Shown piece by piece: positions 40,507 through 50,551 of a stretch of 54,415 nt of DNA. The first letter of the stretch is position 1. Each line of letters begins with the position of its first letter. The DNA is from Sanchytrium tribonematis. Its lineage: Eukaryota. The translations under genes were made by a program, and so were the position numbers. The stretch is taken from assembly GCA_018985235.1 (NCBI GenBank), contig JADGIG010000012.1:1-54415 (forward strand). The letters are read 5' to 3'. The notes under the pieces were generated by a model. The model saw only the letters and a program-made list of their open reading frames with translations, had not been told where the DNA came from and did not search any database.

Positions 40507-42984
40507 ATGGAATCTGGATTTCTTCAGAAGATACAACAATATTATACGAGCCCTAATAAAGCCCTGTTTGATGAACTACTAGAATTTCAACATCAACCAC
40601 AGGCATGGCAGTGCGTAAATTATCTTCAAGATAAAAATCCATATTTAAAAACATTTGCACTTAGTACTATCAAGTATAAATGCAAATTTGGACTAACAAC
40701 ACTATCTGCAGAAGAACAACAAGCATTACTAAAGCAATTATTGCAAGTTCATTGCTTCGATGGTGCTGCATTAATTTTATCGCATCACATAGAATGGTTG
40801 GATCTTTGTCCAAATGTCGCAGATGTTTTGAGCGAATGTGCATTACTTGATGACTTTCCACCAATTCAACTGTCCAAGTACCTACCTGCATTGAGCCAAC
40901 ATCCCATGGGCGTTGATACAACTGGACGACTTCTCCAAAAATGTAGCATACCACTTGACAGAATATCCGGATTTCTAGACGAAGCATTGAAGACTAAAAA
41001 TTTTATTTTTCTTACTGAAGTGGCCTCTGTATATTTTAATTCTGGAGAATTATTGGAGAAGCTAGCACAATACGCAGCCTCCATCCCTTTGCAAGAACTT
41101 GACTCAGAAGAACTTATTGACTTTATATACATGTGTTGTGAATTGGGAGAAGCTAATGTAAATATGATGATAAGGCAACCAGAGAAATATTCCCAATTTT
41201 GGAATGTATTAATTCAAATATCTGGATTTCCTATTTTACATACAAGCATTTTTTGGTCATATATATCCGAGAGATTGCATCAAGAAAAGAATGTCAATTT
41301 TGCTGCGTTTGTCCATATATTCACCGAGTTAATCAAAGTGATCTTCCCTATGGCCTGCTACAAAGCTGACATGGACAATCAAGAAAAAGAGGATTTTAGG
41401 CAGCATCGAAAAGACATAACAGAAATCCTGCAATATTCGTTTCGAGAAATTGGTGATTTGTATTTTGAAACCATTCAACAATTTCAAGGGAAATGGGAAT
41501 ATACAGAGGCCAAGTATTTTTGCATCAGAAGTATCGGGTACGATCTTGATAAAACTAAAGAATATCCAAATTTAATGACTATCTTACATGACACTCAGTT
41601 CAAGGATCACCCAAAAGTTGTGTATGGAAAATGTTTACTGACTCAAACTGTCACGCCATATTTTTGTAATAACAAAGAATGGTACTCAACAGCAATACAG
41701 TGGATAGGGGAATGTGCGCAAATATTGGACCAAGACAAGGAACTCTTAAATGCAGTGCTAAGGTCACTCAGTTTTTTATTAGATGACGCGGTGAGGTACC
41801 ACATGGATGTTTTAAATTTGATTAATATTGATATGGTTGCATCAACTTTCCAAGCGGCGTGGAATGCGAAAGACAAAGAACCATTGTCAAATTTTTGTCG
41901 CTGTTGTGATGTTTTGCTCAAAAGGCAAGATTTCAACCAATTTATACATAGCAGTATACTTCCTAGTATGCTGGAAAATCTTGGGCATGAGCCATATTGC
42001 GTACTTTTTCTTGGGCTTTATTTGGAATTTGTGAATGACCCTTATTGTTTACAAATAGTACAAAAGGTTTTACAATCAAACATTTCAGCGAGTCCATTTC
42101 TAGCTAGATTTTATAGATCTGCGCCGAAACATGCACAATCTTTTGATGATCTGAAGACTTTGATCACTCAACTTATGGGTTTAAGCTATTTCAAAGGTCA
42201 AATCCATGCACTAGAGACCATAATACAACAAGGTTATGAAAAATGTCAAGGAAATACTGAATTGACAAATGAGTGGAACACTTTAACTTTGCAGGTTTTT
42301 GAGCATTTACTGACTCAGCCATCAGATGATGCAGAGTTAGAAAATCTCTCAGACTGTTTTCAAATGCTATTTTATGATCATTATCAAATATATTATAATT
42401 GTAATCCTCAAGCTTTGAATTTTTTTGTCACCAATCTTTTGAAAGAATACATTGCTCAGACTGAAATCCCCGAAAATATACAGGCCTTAATTGACTGGAG
42501 CGTTTGCATTCTTGAAATTGTAGACACTACTGTGCTGGATTTATATCATTCTACATGGAAACACAAATGGTCAAATGTAAACTTTTCAAATGATTTGAAG
42601 ACGCAAATAATTTCAGGCATATTTAATTCCATACCTATATTTGTATTTGAATCCTGCAAATTCAAATATCCTACAAGCAGACTTCGGGAAACTGCAGTCA
42701 TGTTTATCGTAGTTTTCAAATATGCATACGAGAATAAGATCATAAACGAACTCAAAGCTTCATTCGCTCAATTCTATGATGCAAACTCGCCTACCCCGGC
42801 CTATAGAACACAAATGCAAGTATTTTTAGACGATATGTTTACCAAATCACTGGTTGAAGTTCAAGCTGGATTAGCAGAAACGAATCTGGCAGACAAAAAG
42901 AGACAATACAGAAGAGGTGTGACTCATGTACTGGGTGCTCTACGCATGCAAAAGCAGTGGTACGACACACTTCAAAAAGCCTAA
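40507..42984 (+). CDS. Importin-beta-family HEAT protein (transportin-3/importin-13-like)
   Basis: LLEFQHQPQAWQ...FALSTIKYK (IBN_N-like), EKEDFRQHRKDI, WEYTEAKYFCIRSI. Confidence 0.75.
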   Translation: MESGFLQKIQQYYTSPNKALFDELLEFQHQPQAWQCVNYLQDKNPYLKTFALSTIKYKCKFGLTTLSAEEQQALLKQLLQVHCFDGAALILSHHIEWLDLCPNVADVLSECALLDDFPPIQLSKYLPALSQHPMGVDTTGRLLQKCSIPLDRISGFLDEALKTKNFIFLTEVASVYFNSGELLEKLAQYAASIPLQELDSEELIDFIYMCCELGEANVNMMIRQPEKYSQFWNVLIQISGFPILHTSIFWSYISERLHQEKNVNFAAFVHIFTELIKVIFPMACYKADMDNQEKEDFRQHRKDITEILQYSFREIGDLYFETIQQFQGKWEYTEAKYFCIRSIGYDLDKTKEYPNLMTILHDTQFKDHPKVVYGKCLLTQTVTPYFCNNKEWYSTAIQWIGECAQILDQDKELLNAVLRSLSFLLDDAVRYHMDVLNLINIDMVASTFQAAWNAKDKEPLSNFCRCCDVLLKRQDFNQFIHSSILPSMLENLGHEPYCVLFLGLYLEFVNDPYCLQIVQKVLQSNISASPFLARFYRSAPKHAQSFDDLKTLITQLMGLSYFKGQIHALETIIQQGYEKCQGNTELTNEWNTLTLQVFEHLLTQPSDDAELENLSDCFQMLFYDHYQIYYNCNPQALNFFVTNLLKEYIAQTEIPENIQALIDWSVCILEIVDTTVLDLYHSTWKHKWSNVNFSNDLKTQIISGIFNSIPIFVFESCKFKYPTSRLRETAVMFIVVFKYAYENKIINELKASFAQFYDANSPTPAYRTQMQVFLDDMFTKSLVEVQAGLAETNLADKKRQYRRGVTHVLGALRMQKQWYDTLQKA

Positions 42985-43025
42985 TAAAAATATTAAAAAT
43001 TAATTTGGTTTTTTTCAAACAAGCA

Positions 43026-44336
43026 ATGGGCATCTCTAATTTATTAGCTAATACTCGATCAATTCAAAAGCCTATTAAAATTAAAAGCTTAAGGAACAAG
43101 AGAGTAGCTGTTGATGCTTTTGGGTGGTTGCATCTAGCCTTATATCCTTGTGCTGAGGATATTTATTATAACAGGGCATACAAGACGAAAATGGTTAAAT
43201 ACTTTATGCAAAGAGTAACGAGACTAGTGGAGAAAGGTATAGAGGTACTCATCGTATTTGACGGCATGCGTCTACCCGCAAAATTGAATACACATCAAGA
43301 CAGGAAACAGAAACGCAGCGACGCACTTGAAAATGCTAAGAAATATACTAATATTGATATTGATGCAGCAAGAAAATATATGCAGAGTGCAGTAAAAGTA
43401 ACATCAGAGCATGTTGCACTAGTGCAAGCCGAGTTAAAGAAGTTTGATATTAAATTTATGGTCAGTCCATTTGAAGCGGATGCGCAATTGGCCTATTTAT
43501 GTAAAAACGGACACGTTGATTATGTTATAACAGAAGACAGCGATTTATTAGCTTACGGCTGTCCGCGTGTAATATTTAAACTTGACAAAAGTCAAAATGG
43601 AGAAGGAATGTTAGTCGAGATTACAAAAGGTAAGCAACAATGTACTGAATTAAATATGAAAAATTGGACAGAAAGTCAATTTAGGACATTTTGTATTTTG
43701 TGTGGCTGTGATTACCTTGATAATATTAAAGGCATAGGCACCAAAAAAGCGCATCAATTGGTCTCTAAATTCAAATCAATCGAAAAAATAATCTTCAATA
43801 TGAGAACTATGAAGTGCAGTGTGCCATCGGGATATTTAGAACAATTTAAGCGAATTGAAAGAATGTTTGTTTACCAATATGTTTTTGACCCACAATTGCA
43901 AGAGATTGTTCACCTAACACCAGTTCCTGAAGCCCATGTTAAAGAAGTCTCGAATTGGGACCTTGGTGAAAAATTGTGCAAATCTGACGCATTGCTATTA
44001 TGCCACGGGAAGAAAAGCGCGTTAGATTTTCAGACTTTAAGTGAATCCCAGGAAAGTAATTTGAGCATGGATAAGGAAAATTTGAATATACATACTCCAG
44101 TAGTAGCCAAGGCACCTAAAAAAAGATACTCTGCGCCTACTACAATGAAAGATACCACTAATGTGAAAAAAGTTGAAGAAATAATAATAGTATCAGAAAA
44201 TACACCGCCAATGATATTATCTACTTCTAAGAAAAGAGTGAATAATACGGAATTCCGTAACATGGTGAATTTACCTGCAAAAAAGCCTAAAAAAGTAATT
44301 ACAAATCCATTTTTTCAAAAGTGGTTAAAACAATAA
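43026..44336 (+). CDS. EXO1: Exonuclease 1 (XPG/FEN1 family)
   Basis: MGISNLL, VAVDAFGWLH, VFDG, SPFEADAQLAYL, TEDSDLL, CILCGCDYL. Confidence 0.94.
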   Translation: MGISNLLANTRSIQKPIKIKSLRNKRVAVDAFGWLHLALYPCAEDIYYNRAYKTKMVKYFMQRVTRLVEKGIEVLIVFDGMRLPAKLNTHQDRKQKRSDALENAKKYTNIDIDAARKYMQSAVKVTSEHVALVQAELKKFDIKFMVSPFEADAQLAYLCKNGHVDYVITEDSDLLAYGCPRVIFKLDKSQNGEGMLVEITKGKQQCTELNMKNWTESQFRTFCILCGCDYLDNIKGIGTKKAHQLVSKFKSIEKIIFNMRTMKCSVPSGYLEQFKRIERMFVYQYVFDPQLQEIVHLTPVPEAHVKEVSNWDLGEKLCKSDALLLCHGKKSALDFQTLSESQESNLSMDKENLNIHTPVVAKAPKKRYSAPTTMKDTTNVKKVEEIIIVSENTPPMILSTSKKRVNNTEFRNMVNLPAKKPKKVITNPFFQKWLKQ

Positions 44337-44366
44337 ATTTTTGATTGTCTCTCCTTCAAGTGGCAT

Positions 44367-45044
44367 ATGAATTTTGCACTAAACGTTTTGGGTAAAATTA
44401 TACCCATTCCGCGCCACATAGCCTTTATAATGGACGGTAACAGAAGGTATGCCAGAAAGCAGATGATGGAGACCTCAAAAGGACATTTGTCAGGATTTAA
44501 CACATTAATTAAAATTTTGGAATATTGCCTAAAATCTGGAGTCAAAATTGTCACCGTCTATGCCTTTTCACTGGATAACTTTGGTAGAACTCCCGAGGAA
44601 GTTCAATTCTTAATGAATTTAGCTTTGGAAAAATTTTCAGAATTTAATGATCAGTCCAGCATAATAATGGAAAATGAAATAAGGATACGTGTCATTGGTG
44701 ACATGAAGAAATTTCCAGCTGAAATACAAGATATTTGCAAGAAAGTGGAAATAATGACAAGCAGCCACGATAAATTATTGCTCAACATTTGTTTTGGGTA
44801 TTCCTCCACATGGGAAATACAAAAAGCGATGAACAATACTCAAGAGCAATTAGAGAGTTTTCCAAAGTATATGGAGATATCTAATCCAAATCTACTGGTA
44901 AGAACAAGCGGTGAGAATAGATTATCAGACTTTTTATTATACCAATGTACTCAAGGAACCCAGCTTAAATTCATTGAAAAATGTTGGCCAGATTTGAGCT
45001 TTTTGGATTTTATAAAAGTGTTATTATCATACAGACATAAATAA
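44367..45044 (+). CDS. RER2: cis-prenyltransferase / dehydrodolichyl diphosphate synthase
   Basis: PRHIAFIMDGNRRYA, VYAFSLDNF, RTSGENRLSDFLLYQ, WPD. Confidence 0.93.
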   Translation: MNFALNVLGKIIPIPRHIAFIMDGNRRYARKQMMETSKGHLSGFNTLIKILEYCLKSGVKIVTVYAFSLDNFGRTPEEVQFLMNLALEKFSEFNDQSSIIMENEIRIRVIGDMKKFPAEIQDICKKVEIMTSSHDKLLLNICFGYSSTWEIQKAMNNTQEQLESFPKYMEISNPNLLVRTSGENRLSDFLLYQCTQGTQLKFIEKCWPDLSFLDFIKVLLSYRHK

Positions 45045-45045
45045 A

Positions 45046-47112
45046 TTAAATGGATTGTGTAATTTCATTTTTTGGTCTCTTTTGTTGAAGAATGTCGTTC
45101 AAGTTCCAAAAATACAAAAGAAAGACTTGAAACTCAATTGGAAGATCTTCACGATTTGCTAAATTGCTGCAAGTCTTATCTAAACAATTGAATAATTTTT
45201 CTACTTCTTTACAATCGTTTATGGTTGAAACTTTGGCTCTAGAAGCCTTGGCAATATCTTCTGGTACCTTGTACTGTCCAATAATTTCTAATGTATTGGC
45301 AATATATGATTTTAATTCGTCAAAGTCAAGTAATCTCCAATAAAGAACAGAAATCTCGTAAATTTCTGGTATTGACCCTTCAACAAGAAGTGAAAAGTTC
45401 TGAAATAAATTTTTAGCAAATTTCGGGTCCTTAAAGGAAAATTTTTTCATGCTTTTTTCAAGTACTAGCACAGGAAGATTTGACAAATTCATAAGTAAAT
45501 TTAAAAGTCTTTGCTTATCTTTGGCATAAAACTTTGGTTTATCGATGAAAATGCGGAATAATCGAAAAAAGTGTTTACCCCATAACAAAGATCTGTCTGA
45601 TTTTTGCAGCAAGTCTATGGCTCTGTCTATAACTTTATAGTCTATTTCATTTTTGTTTTTAAAATGATAAACATAGAACCATTTGTCAATAATCCAAATA
45701 TAAAGTCTGATATCGCAGTCATATTCGTTGCAAAAACGCTCCACGACAGAGAGATTGGGGTGATTCGCTATTATTTGAGACATAAGTCGGCAAAATAATT
45801 TTGGTTCCAACTTTGAATTATATGGAATAGTAAACATTTTTAACAGAAAAGGATCGTTTTTTAGTAATTCTTCATGCTCTGACTTTAAAGGGATTCGTTT
45901 TATATGGCAGTATAATATTTGAGCGTCAATAGATCTTGAAATCAAAACTTTTTTTGAAATAATATTCAAAATGGAACTAACATCAGATTGTCCGAGATGC
46001 TCAACATCAACAGTCATTATCAAGTCTTTCAACGCTTCCCATTGCTGCTGCGTCTTATTTTCAGTATATACTAGTGGCACATTCAAGCTCGACTTAATTT
46101 TACTCAACTCTACAGATAAATTAATTCGAGAATTCTTGTACCAGGTCAACCCACCTTTCATAATTTGCTTCATCGCGACTTCATTGTGATACAACAAAAC
46201 AGATCGAACTTCCTTAAATGTAAGACCCTGAAAATCTCCCAATAAAGATGCCGTGCTCTTGGTAAGATTTAATTTGATGGATTCATATACGGCAATTGAT
46301 AAGAGTAGTCCAAATTTCGCTGGTTTGGCGGCTTGAAATTTGGTGATTAATTCTTTGAGCTTGTCGTATTGGTTTTTAGCCAAAAGCAAATTCGAGATGG
46401 CAGTTACGCTACCAATTGAGATAAAATTACATTTTTTTTCAAATTCTTGATAAAACTCATATGCCCGATCAGGGTCGCGCTTGTTAATGAAAAACTTCAT
46501 CATTATGGCATACGTTACATCATCTTTAATGGTGGTATCAAATAAATTAAGAGCTTTATCCAAACTTCCTAACGCTAAATAAGATTTCAACCCGATATTA
46601 TCGAGATGAGTGTCTCTTTCGAAATTAAGCTCTATAGTTGCTTTTTTGTACATTTCAAGGCATTCAGTGGGATTGCTTTTAAACAAATAATTTAGAATTT
46701 TTGAATATGCAAAAGTACTAGGACCTGGTAGGTAATTGAAAAAACCTAGAAGGTCAGAATACATTTTGTTTTTGCTTAATTGAGATAAAAAAAGTTCATA
46801 TTCTGCTATTTCAACATTAAGTTTCTCTGGCGGCAATTCATTGTTGATTATGGCCATATAGGCGAGATTGTTTCTCTTGTTAAAAGTATTTGGAAGATTT
46901 AAAATTTGGTCAATATCTTTGGTCGTCATTGCCCGAGCTCTTTCCAATAATTTGAATTTTTGTGGGGTTCTTTGATAATTTTCCAGTGGGACGCAAGCAT
47001 CAAAGAACCGCATTCCTACTTCATAATTTTGATCTAATAGATTAACACTGATTTTCCCGATTGTCCGAGGAGTTATTGTCGAATTCAATATGGATTGAAA
47101 CACCTTACTCAT
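45046..47112 (-). CDS. Pentatricopeptide-repeat-like protein (probably mitochondrial)
   Basis: PSTFAYSKIL, RDTHLDNIGLKSY...LDKALNLF, DDVTYAIMMKFF...DRAYEFYQE. Confidence 0.7.
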   Translation of the reverse strand: MSKVFQSILNSTITPRTIGKISVNLLDQNYEVGMRFFDACVPLENYQRTPQKFKLLERARAMTTKDIDQILNLPNTFNKRNNLAYMAIINNELPPEKLNVEIAEYELFLSQLSKNKMYSDLLGFFNYLPGPSTFAYSKILNYLFKSNPTECLEMYKKATIELNFERDTHLDNIGLKSYLALGSLDKALNLFDTTIKDDVTYAIMMKFFINKRDPDRAYEFYQEFEKKCNFISIGSVTAISNLLLAKNQYDKLKELITKFQAAKPAKFGLLLSIAVYESIKLNLTKSTASLLGDFQGLTFKEVRSVLLYHNEVAMKQIMKGGLTWYKNSRINLSVELSKIKSSLNVPLVYTENKTQQQWEALKDLIMTVDVEHLGQSDVSSILNIISKKVLISRSIDAQILYCHIKRIPLKSEHEELLKNDPFLLKMFTIPYNSKLEPKLFCRLMSQIIANHPNLSVVERFCNEYDCDIRLYIWIIDKWFYVYHFKNKNEIDYKVIDRAIDLLQKSDRSLLWGKHFFRLFRIFIDKPKFYAKDKQRLLNLLMNLSNLPVLVLEKSMKKFSFKDPKFAKNLFQNFSLLVEGSIPEIYEISVLYWRLLDFDELKSYIANTLEIIGQYKVPEDIAKASRAKVSTINDCKEVEKLFNCLDKTCSNLANREDLPIEFQVFLLYFWNLNDILQQKRPKNEITQSI

Positions 47113-47169
47113 GTTTTGCTCCTGAACTTTCCCATTTTTCGGAGATTATTTGAAACACTTTCCTTGAGA

Positions 47170-48292
47170 ATGGATTTGGATATTCCAGAAAATTTGACTC
47201 CAGTATTGAGAAAACTAGTCCAAGAAATATTGGTTAACCAACCTTCAGATATTGTCCAATTTTGTGCGGATTATTTTAATGGTCTTTTGCGAGAGCAAAG
47301 ACAAGGAAAATTTGAAAATAAGATTGAAGCTCCCCAGCAGCAAGAGGATGACTTGATGGATGAATTTGAAAGTGATGATGATATTGCAGATGATGAGCCA
47401 CCAGTGCAAGTGTCTAGGGGTCGTAGGGTAAGTGTCAGTGCAGAAAGTATGCAGCCTGAAACAAATTTCGAAAAAATAATTATTCCTAAATCAGATCAAC
47501 AAAAAGCAAGACTTGCAGAAAGTGTGCAACAAAATTTTTTGTTTAGAAATTTAGACGAGGATCAATCTAGAGATGTCATCAATGCTATGGAAGAGAGAAT
47601 TGTCAAGCCTGAGGAAGTAATTATACGACAGGGTGATGAAGGCGACTTTTTTTATGTCGTAGAGTCTGGAAAATATGATATATTTGTAAACAAAAATGGA
47701 ACCCCTGTAAAAGTAGTAGAGATTGGTGCAGGTGGAAGTTTTGGAGAATTGGCGCTGATGTATAATGCAACTCGTGCAGCTACTGTTGTGGCAACCTCTC
47801 CTGGTGTTCTCTGGGCACTTGATCGGGTCACATTTAGAAGAATTTTAATGGATAATACCTCCAAAAAGAGAAAACTGTATGAGTCCTTTTTAGAGGAGGT
47901 ACCCTTACTACATTCCTTGGAAGTTTATGAAAGACACAAAATTGCGGACACACTAGAAACTGTATCTTTTCAAGACGGAGATACAGTCATAAAGCAAGGC
48001 GATATTGGCGATTCCTTTTACATCATAGAAGAAGGCGAAGCTGTCGTAACGAAAGTTGACGCACATAATACCACACATGTTGTGCGAAATTTGAAAAAAG
48101 GAGACTATTTTGGTGGTAGTTTTTACTTACAAAGAAATGGCACTTCTCACAGATCAACCTCGTTTGGCAACAATCACTGCAAAAGGCAGAATCAAATGTG
48201 CTACCATGGGTAAAAAGACCTTTCAAAGATTGCTTGGGCCTCTAACTGACTTAATGAAACGCCATTCGGCAAGTTATGAACAAGTTCCTTAG
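47170..48292 (+). CDS. BCY1: cAMP-dependent protein kinase regulatory subunit (type II-like), 2 exons, 367 aa
   Basis: RIIa D/D domain (QPSDIVQFCADYF), RRVSV inhibitor site, FGELALMYNATRAAT, FG|EMALLTDQPRLAT; intron 48116-48134. Confidence 0.95.
48116..48134 (+). other. 19-nt spliceosomal intron (phase 1)
   Basis: GTAGTTTTTACTTACAAAG; removal restores GDYFGEMALL. Confidence 0.94.
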
Positions 48293-48327
48293 AGTTTTAA
48301 TAAATTATTCCGTGATTTTTGAAACAT

Positions 48328-49338
48328 ATGGGTAACAATGCTGCTATGATCTGGTCTGTCACGTTCTTAGGCAGTCTAGTACTATTCATTGCCTTGCTGT
48401 TGAATCCTTTTACGTCCTGGTTTGCATTGTTACTGAGCTTGTGGTGTTACATTGACAAAACACCAAGCAGAGGAGGATACCAACACGGTTTTCGAAGAAA
48501 GTTGTCCAATTGGGTGCGCAAATTGCCTGTCTGGCAAGCATTTCGTAGCTATTTTCCATCCAAAATTATAATCAAGGGAAAACTTGAGAAAGATGGCAAA
48601 TACTTATTGTCGTTTCATCCACATGGTATTATCGGACTTGGAGTATTTACTCAATTTGTATATGATTTTACGCATTTGCAATCTCTTCCACGCATAAGAC
48701 CAGCAACATTGAATTTGAACCTTAAAATACCTTTCCTGCGACATTTGGCTCTTTTAAATGGTTTTATTTCCTGTGACTATGACAGTATGAAATACGTCTT
48801 AGATGGAAAAAATCTTGACAAAGGAGAAATTCAAGAATCAGTCTTGTTGGTGACTGGTGGCGGATACGAAGCGGAGTTTACCAAAGCCAAAACGGTCACA
48901 GTTGCCATTAACAACAAAAATGGATTTATTAGACTCTGTATGGAAACGGGCTCCAAATTAGTTCCTGTTATATCTTTAGGAGAATGCGATACTTTTTATA
49001 TTGTTCGAGAAGAAAGTCAGAAGACCTTATTTCAAAAGTATAGTTTTGCATTGTTGAAAAAAATTCAACCTTTGTTGCGAAAATACTTCGGCATGTCATT
49101 TCTATATTTTTATGGAGATCCAGTATTTAGTTTTCTCCCTTTTCCATTGAATTTGCCCATCATTCCTCGAAAAGTACCTATCACTGTTGTAATAGGTGAA
49201 CCGATATCAGTGCCTCAAACTTCAGATCCAACAAAACAACAAATTGACATGGTGAAAGAAGAATTCCGTAGACAGGTACGTGCCTTAGTCGCTGAGTATG
49301 GTGAACCCCATGGAATTAAAAAAGTGAATTTTCAATAA
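48328..49338 (+). CDS. DGA1: Diacylglycerol O-acyltransferase 2 family
   Basis: YFP, HPHG, GGGYEA, GFIRL...LVPVISLGE, VVIGEPI. Confidence 0.9.
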   Translation: MGNNAAMIWSVTFLGSLVLFIALLLNPFTSWFALLLSLWCYIDKTPSRGGYQHGFRRKLSNWVRKLPVWQAFRSYFPSKIIIKGKLEKDGKYLLSFHPHGIIGLGVFTQFVYDFTHLQSLPRIRPATLNLNLKIPFLRHLALLNGFISCDYDSMKYVLDGKNLDKGEIQESVLLVTGGGYEAEFTKAKTVTVAINNKNGFIRLCMETGSKLVPVISLGECDTFYIVREESQKTLFQKYSFALLKKIQPLLRKYFGMSFLYFYGDPVFSFLPFPLNLPIIPRKVPITVVIGEPISVPQTSDPTKQQIDMVKEEFRRQVRALVAEYGEPHGIKKVNFQ

Positions 49339-49385
49339 ATGGAATTCCTAAAGATTCTGATAAAACTCGTTTCAAATTTTGATTA

Positions 49386-50536
49386 ATGCTCAAAGTTTAT
49401 AATAGAAGCTTAGAAATTATAAATGGAAAAGGCGTCTATTTATTTGATAATAACCAAAAGAGATACCTCGATTTTACTAGTGGAATAGCCGTTTGCTCTT
49501 TAGGACATGGGGATACAGAAATTGCCAAGGTTTTGTTCGACCAAGCCGGTAAACTTTCACACGTTTCTAATTTGTTTTTAAACGAGCCTGCCAAAAAACT
49601 TGCAAAGGTTCTCAAAGTAGAAAGCAAAATGGATTCATGCTTCTTTTCAAATTCAGGAACAGAAGCCAACGAAGCAGCACTTAAATTTGCCAGGAAACAT
49701 GGACATTCCATTCATCGAAAGAAGACTAACATAGTAGCTTTTGCTGGAGGCTTTCATGGCAGAACGTTTGGAAGCTTATCCGCCACGATGACTCCAAAAT
49801 ACAAGAAACACTTTAAACCAACAGTTCCCGGATTTCAGTGCTTTCAGTATAATAATACTGATATAATAGATTTTGGAATAGACGAAAATACTTGCGCTGT
49901 AATAATTGAACCTATTCAAGGTGAAGGAGGTGTTACGCCGGCAACATCTGATTTTTTAAAGAAAATAAGACAGGCTTGTACGCAACACAATGCCATATTA
50001 ATTTTTGATGAGATTCAATGTGGGTTAGCTAGGACTGGAAAGTTGTTTTGCAAACAACATTATGACATACAGCCCGATATTTTGACCATTGCAAAGCCAC
50101 TAGGGTAAACTTACATTTACGTAGAAATGGATTTCCTATAGGCGCAACTTTAGTGAATTCCCAGATATCGAGTATAATGGAGGTAGGGGACCACGGAACT
50201 ACCTTTGGGGGCAGTCCTCTAGCTTGTGCAGTAGGATTGCACTGTTTCAAAAGATTGAATGACACAAATTTATTGAAAAAAGTCAACTCAAATTCTGAAT
50301 TTCTGTTGAAAGAAATATCTAGCTGGGAACACCCAAAAATTAAAGAAATTCGAGGAAAGGGATTGCTACTAGGCATTGAATATGTAGAAGATCCAAAAGA
50401 AGTTATTGAAAAGGCGCAGAGAAAGGGACTTTTACTGGTCGGCGCAGGTAAAAATACTATTCGAATTATTCCACCGCTTATTATTAGTGAGGATGAGATA
50501 AAAGAAGGTTTAGGTATACTCAGGAGTTGTCTCTAA
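49386..50536 (+). CDS. ARG8: Acetylornithine aminotransferase (class III), 2 exons, 376 aa
   Basis: YLDFTSGIAV, NSGTEANEAA, FHGRT, EPIQGEGG, DEIQCG, AKPLG|NGFPIG, HGTTFGG; intron 50105-50124. Confidence 0.93.
50105..50124 (+). other. 20-nt spliceosomal intron (phase 2)
   Basis: GTAAACTTACATTTACGTAG; removal restores TIAKPLGNGFPIGA. Confidence 0.92.
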
Positions 50537-50551
50537 TGTACATTTATTAAA

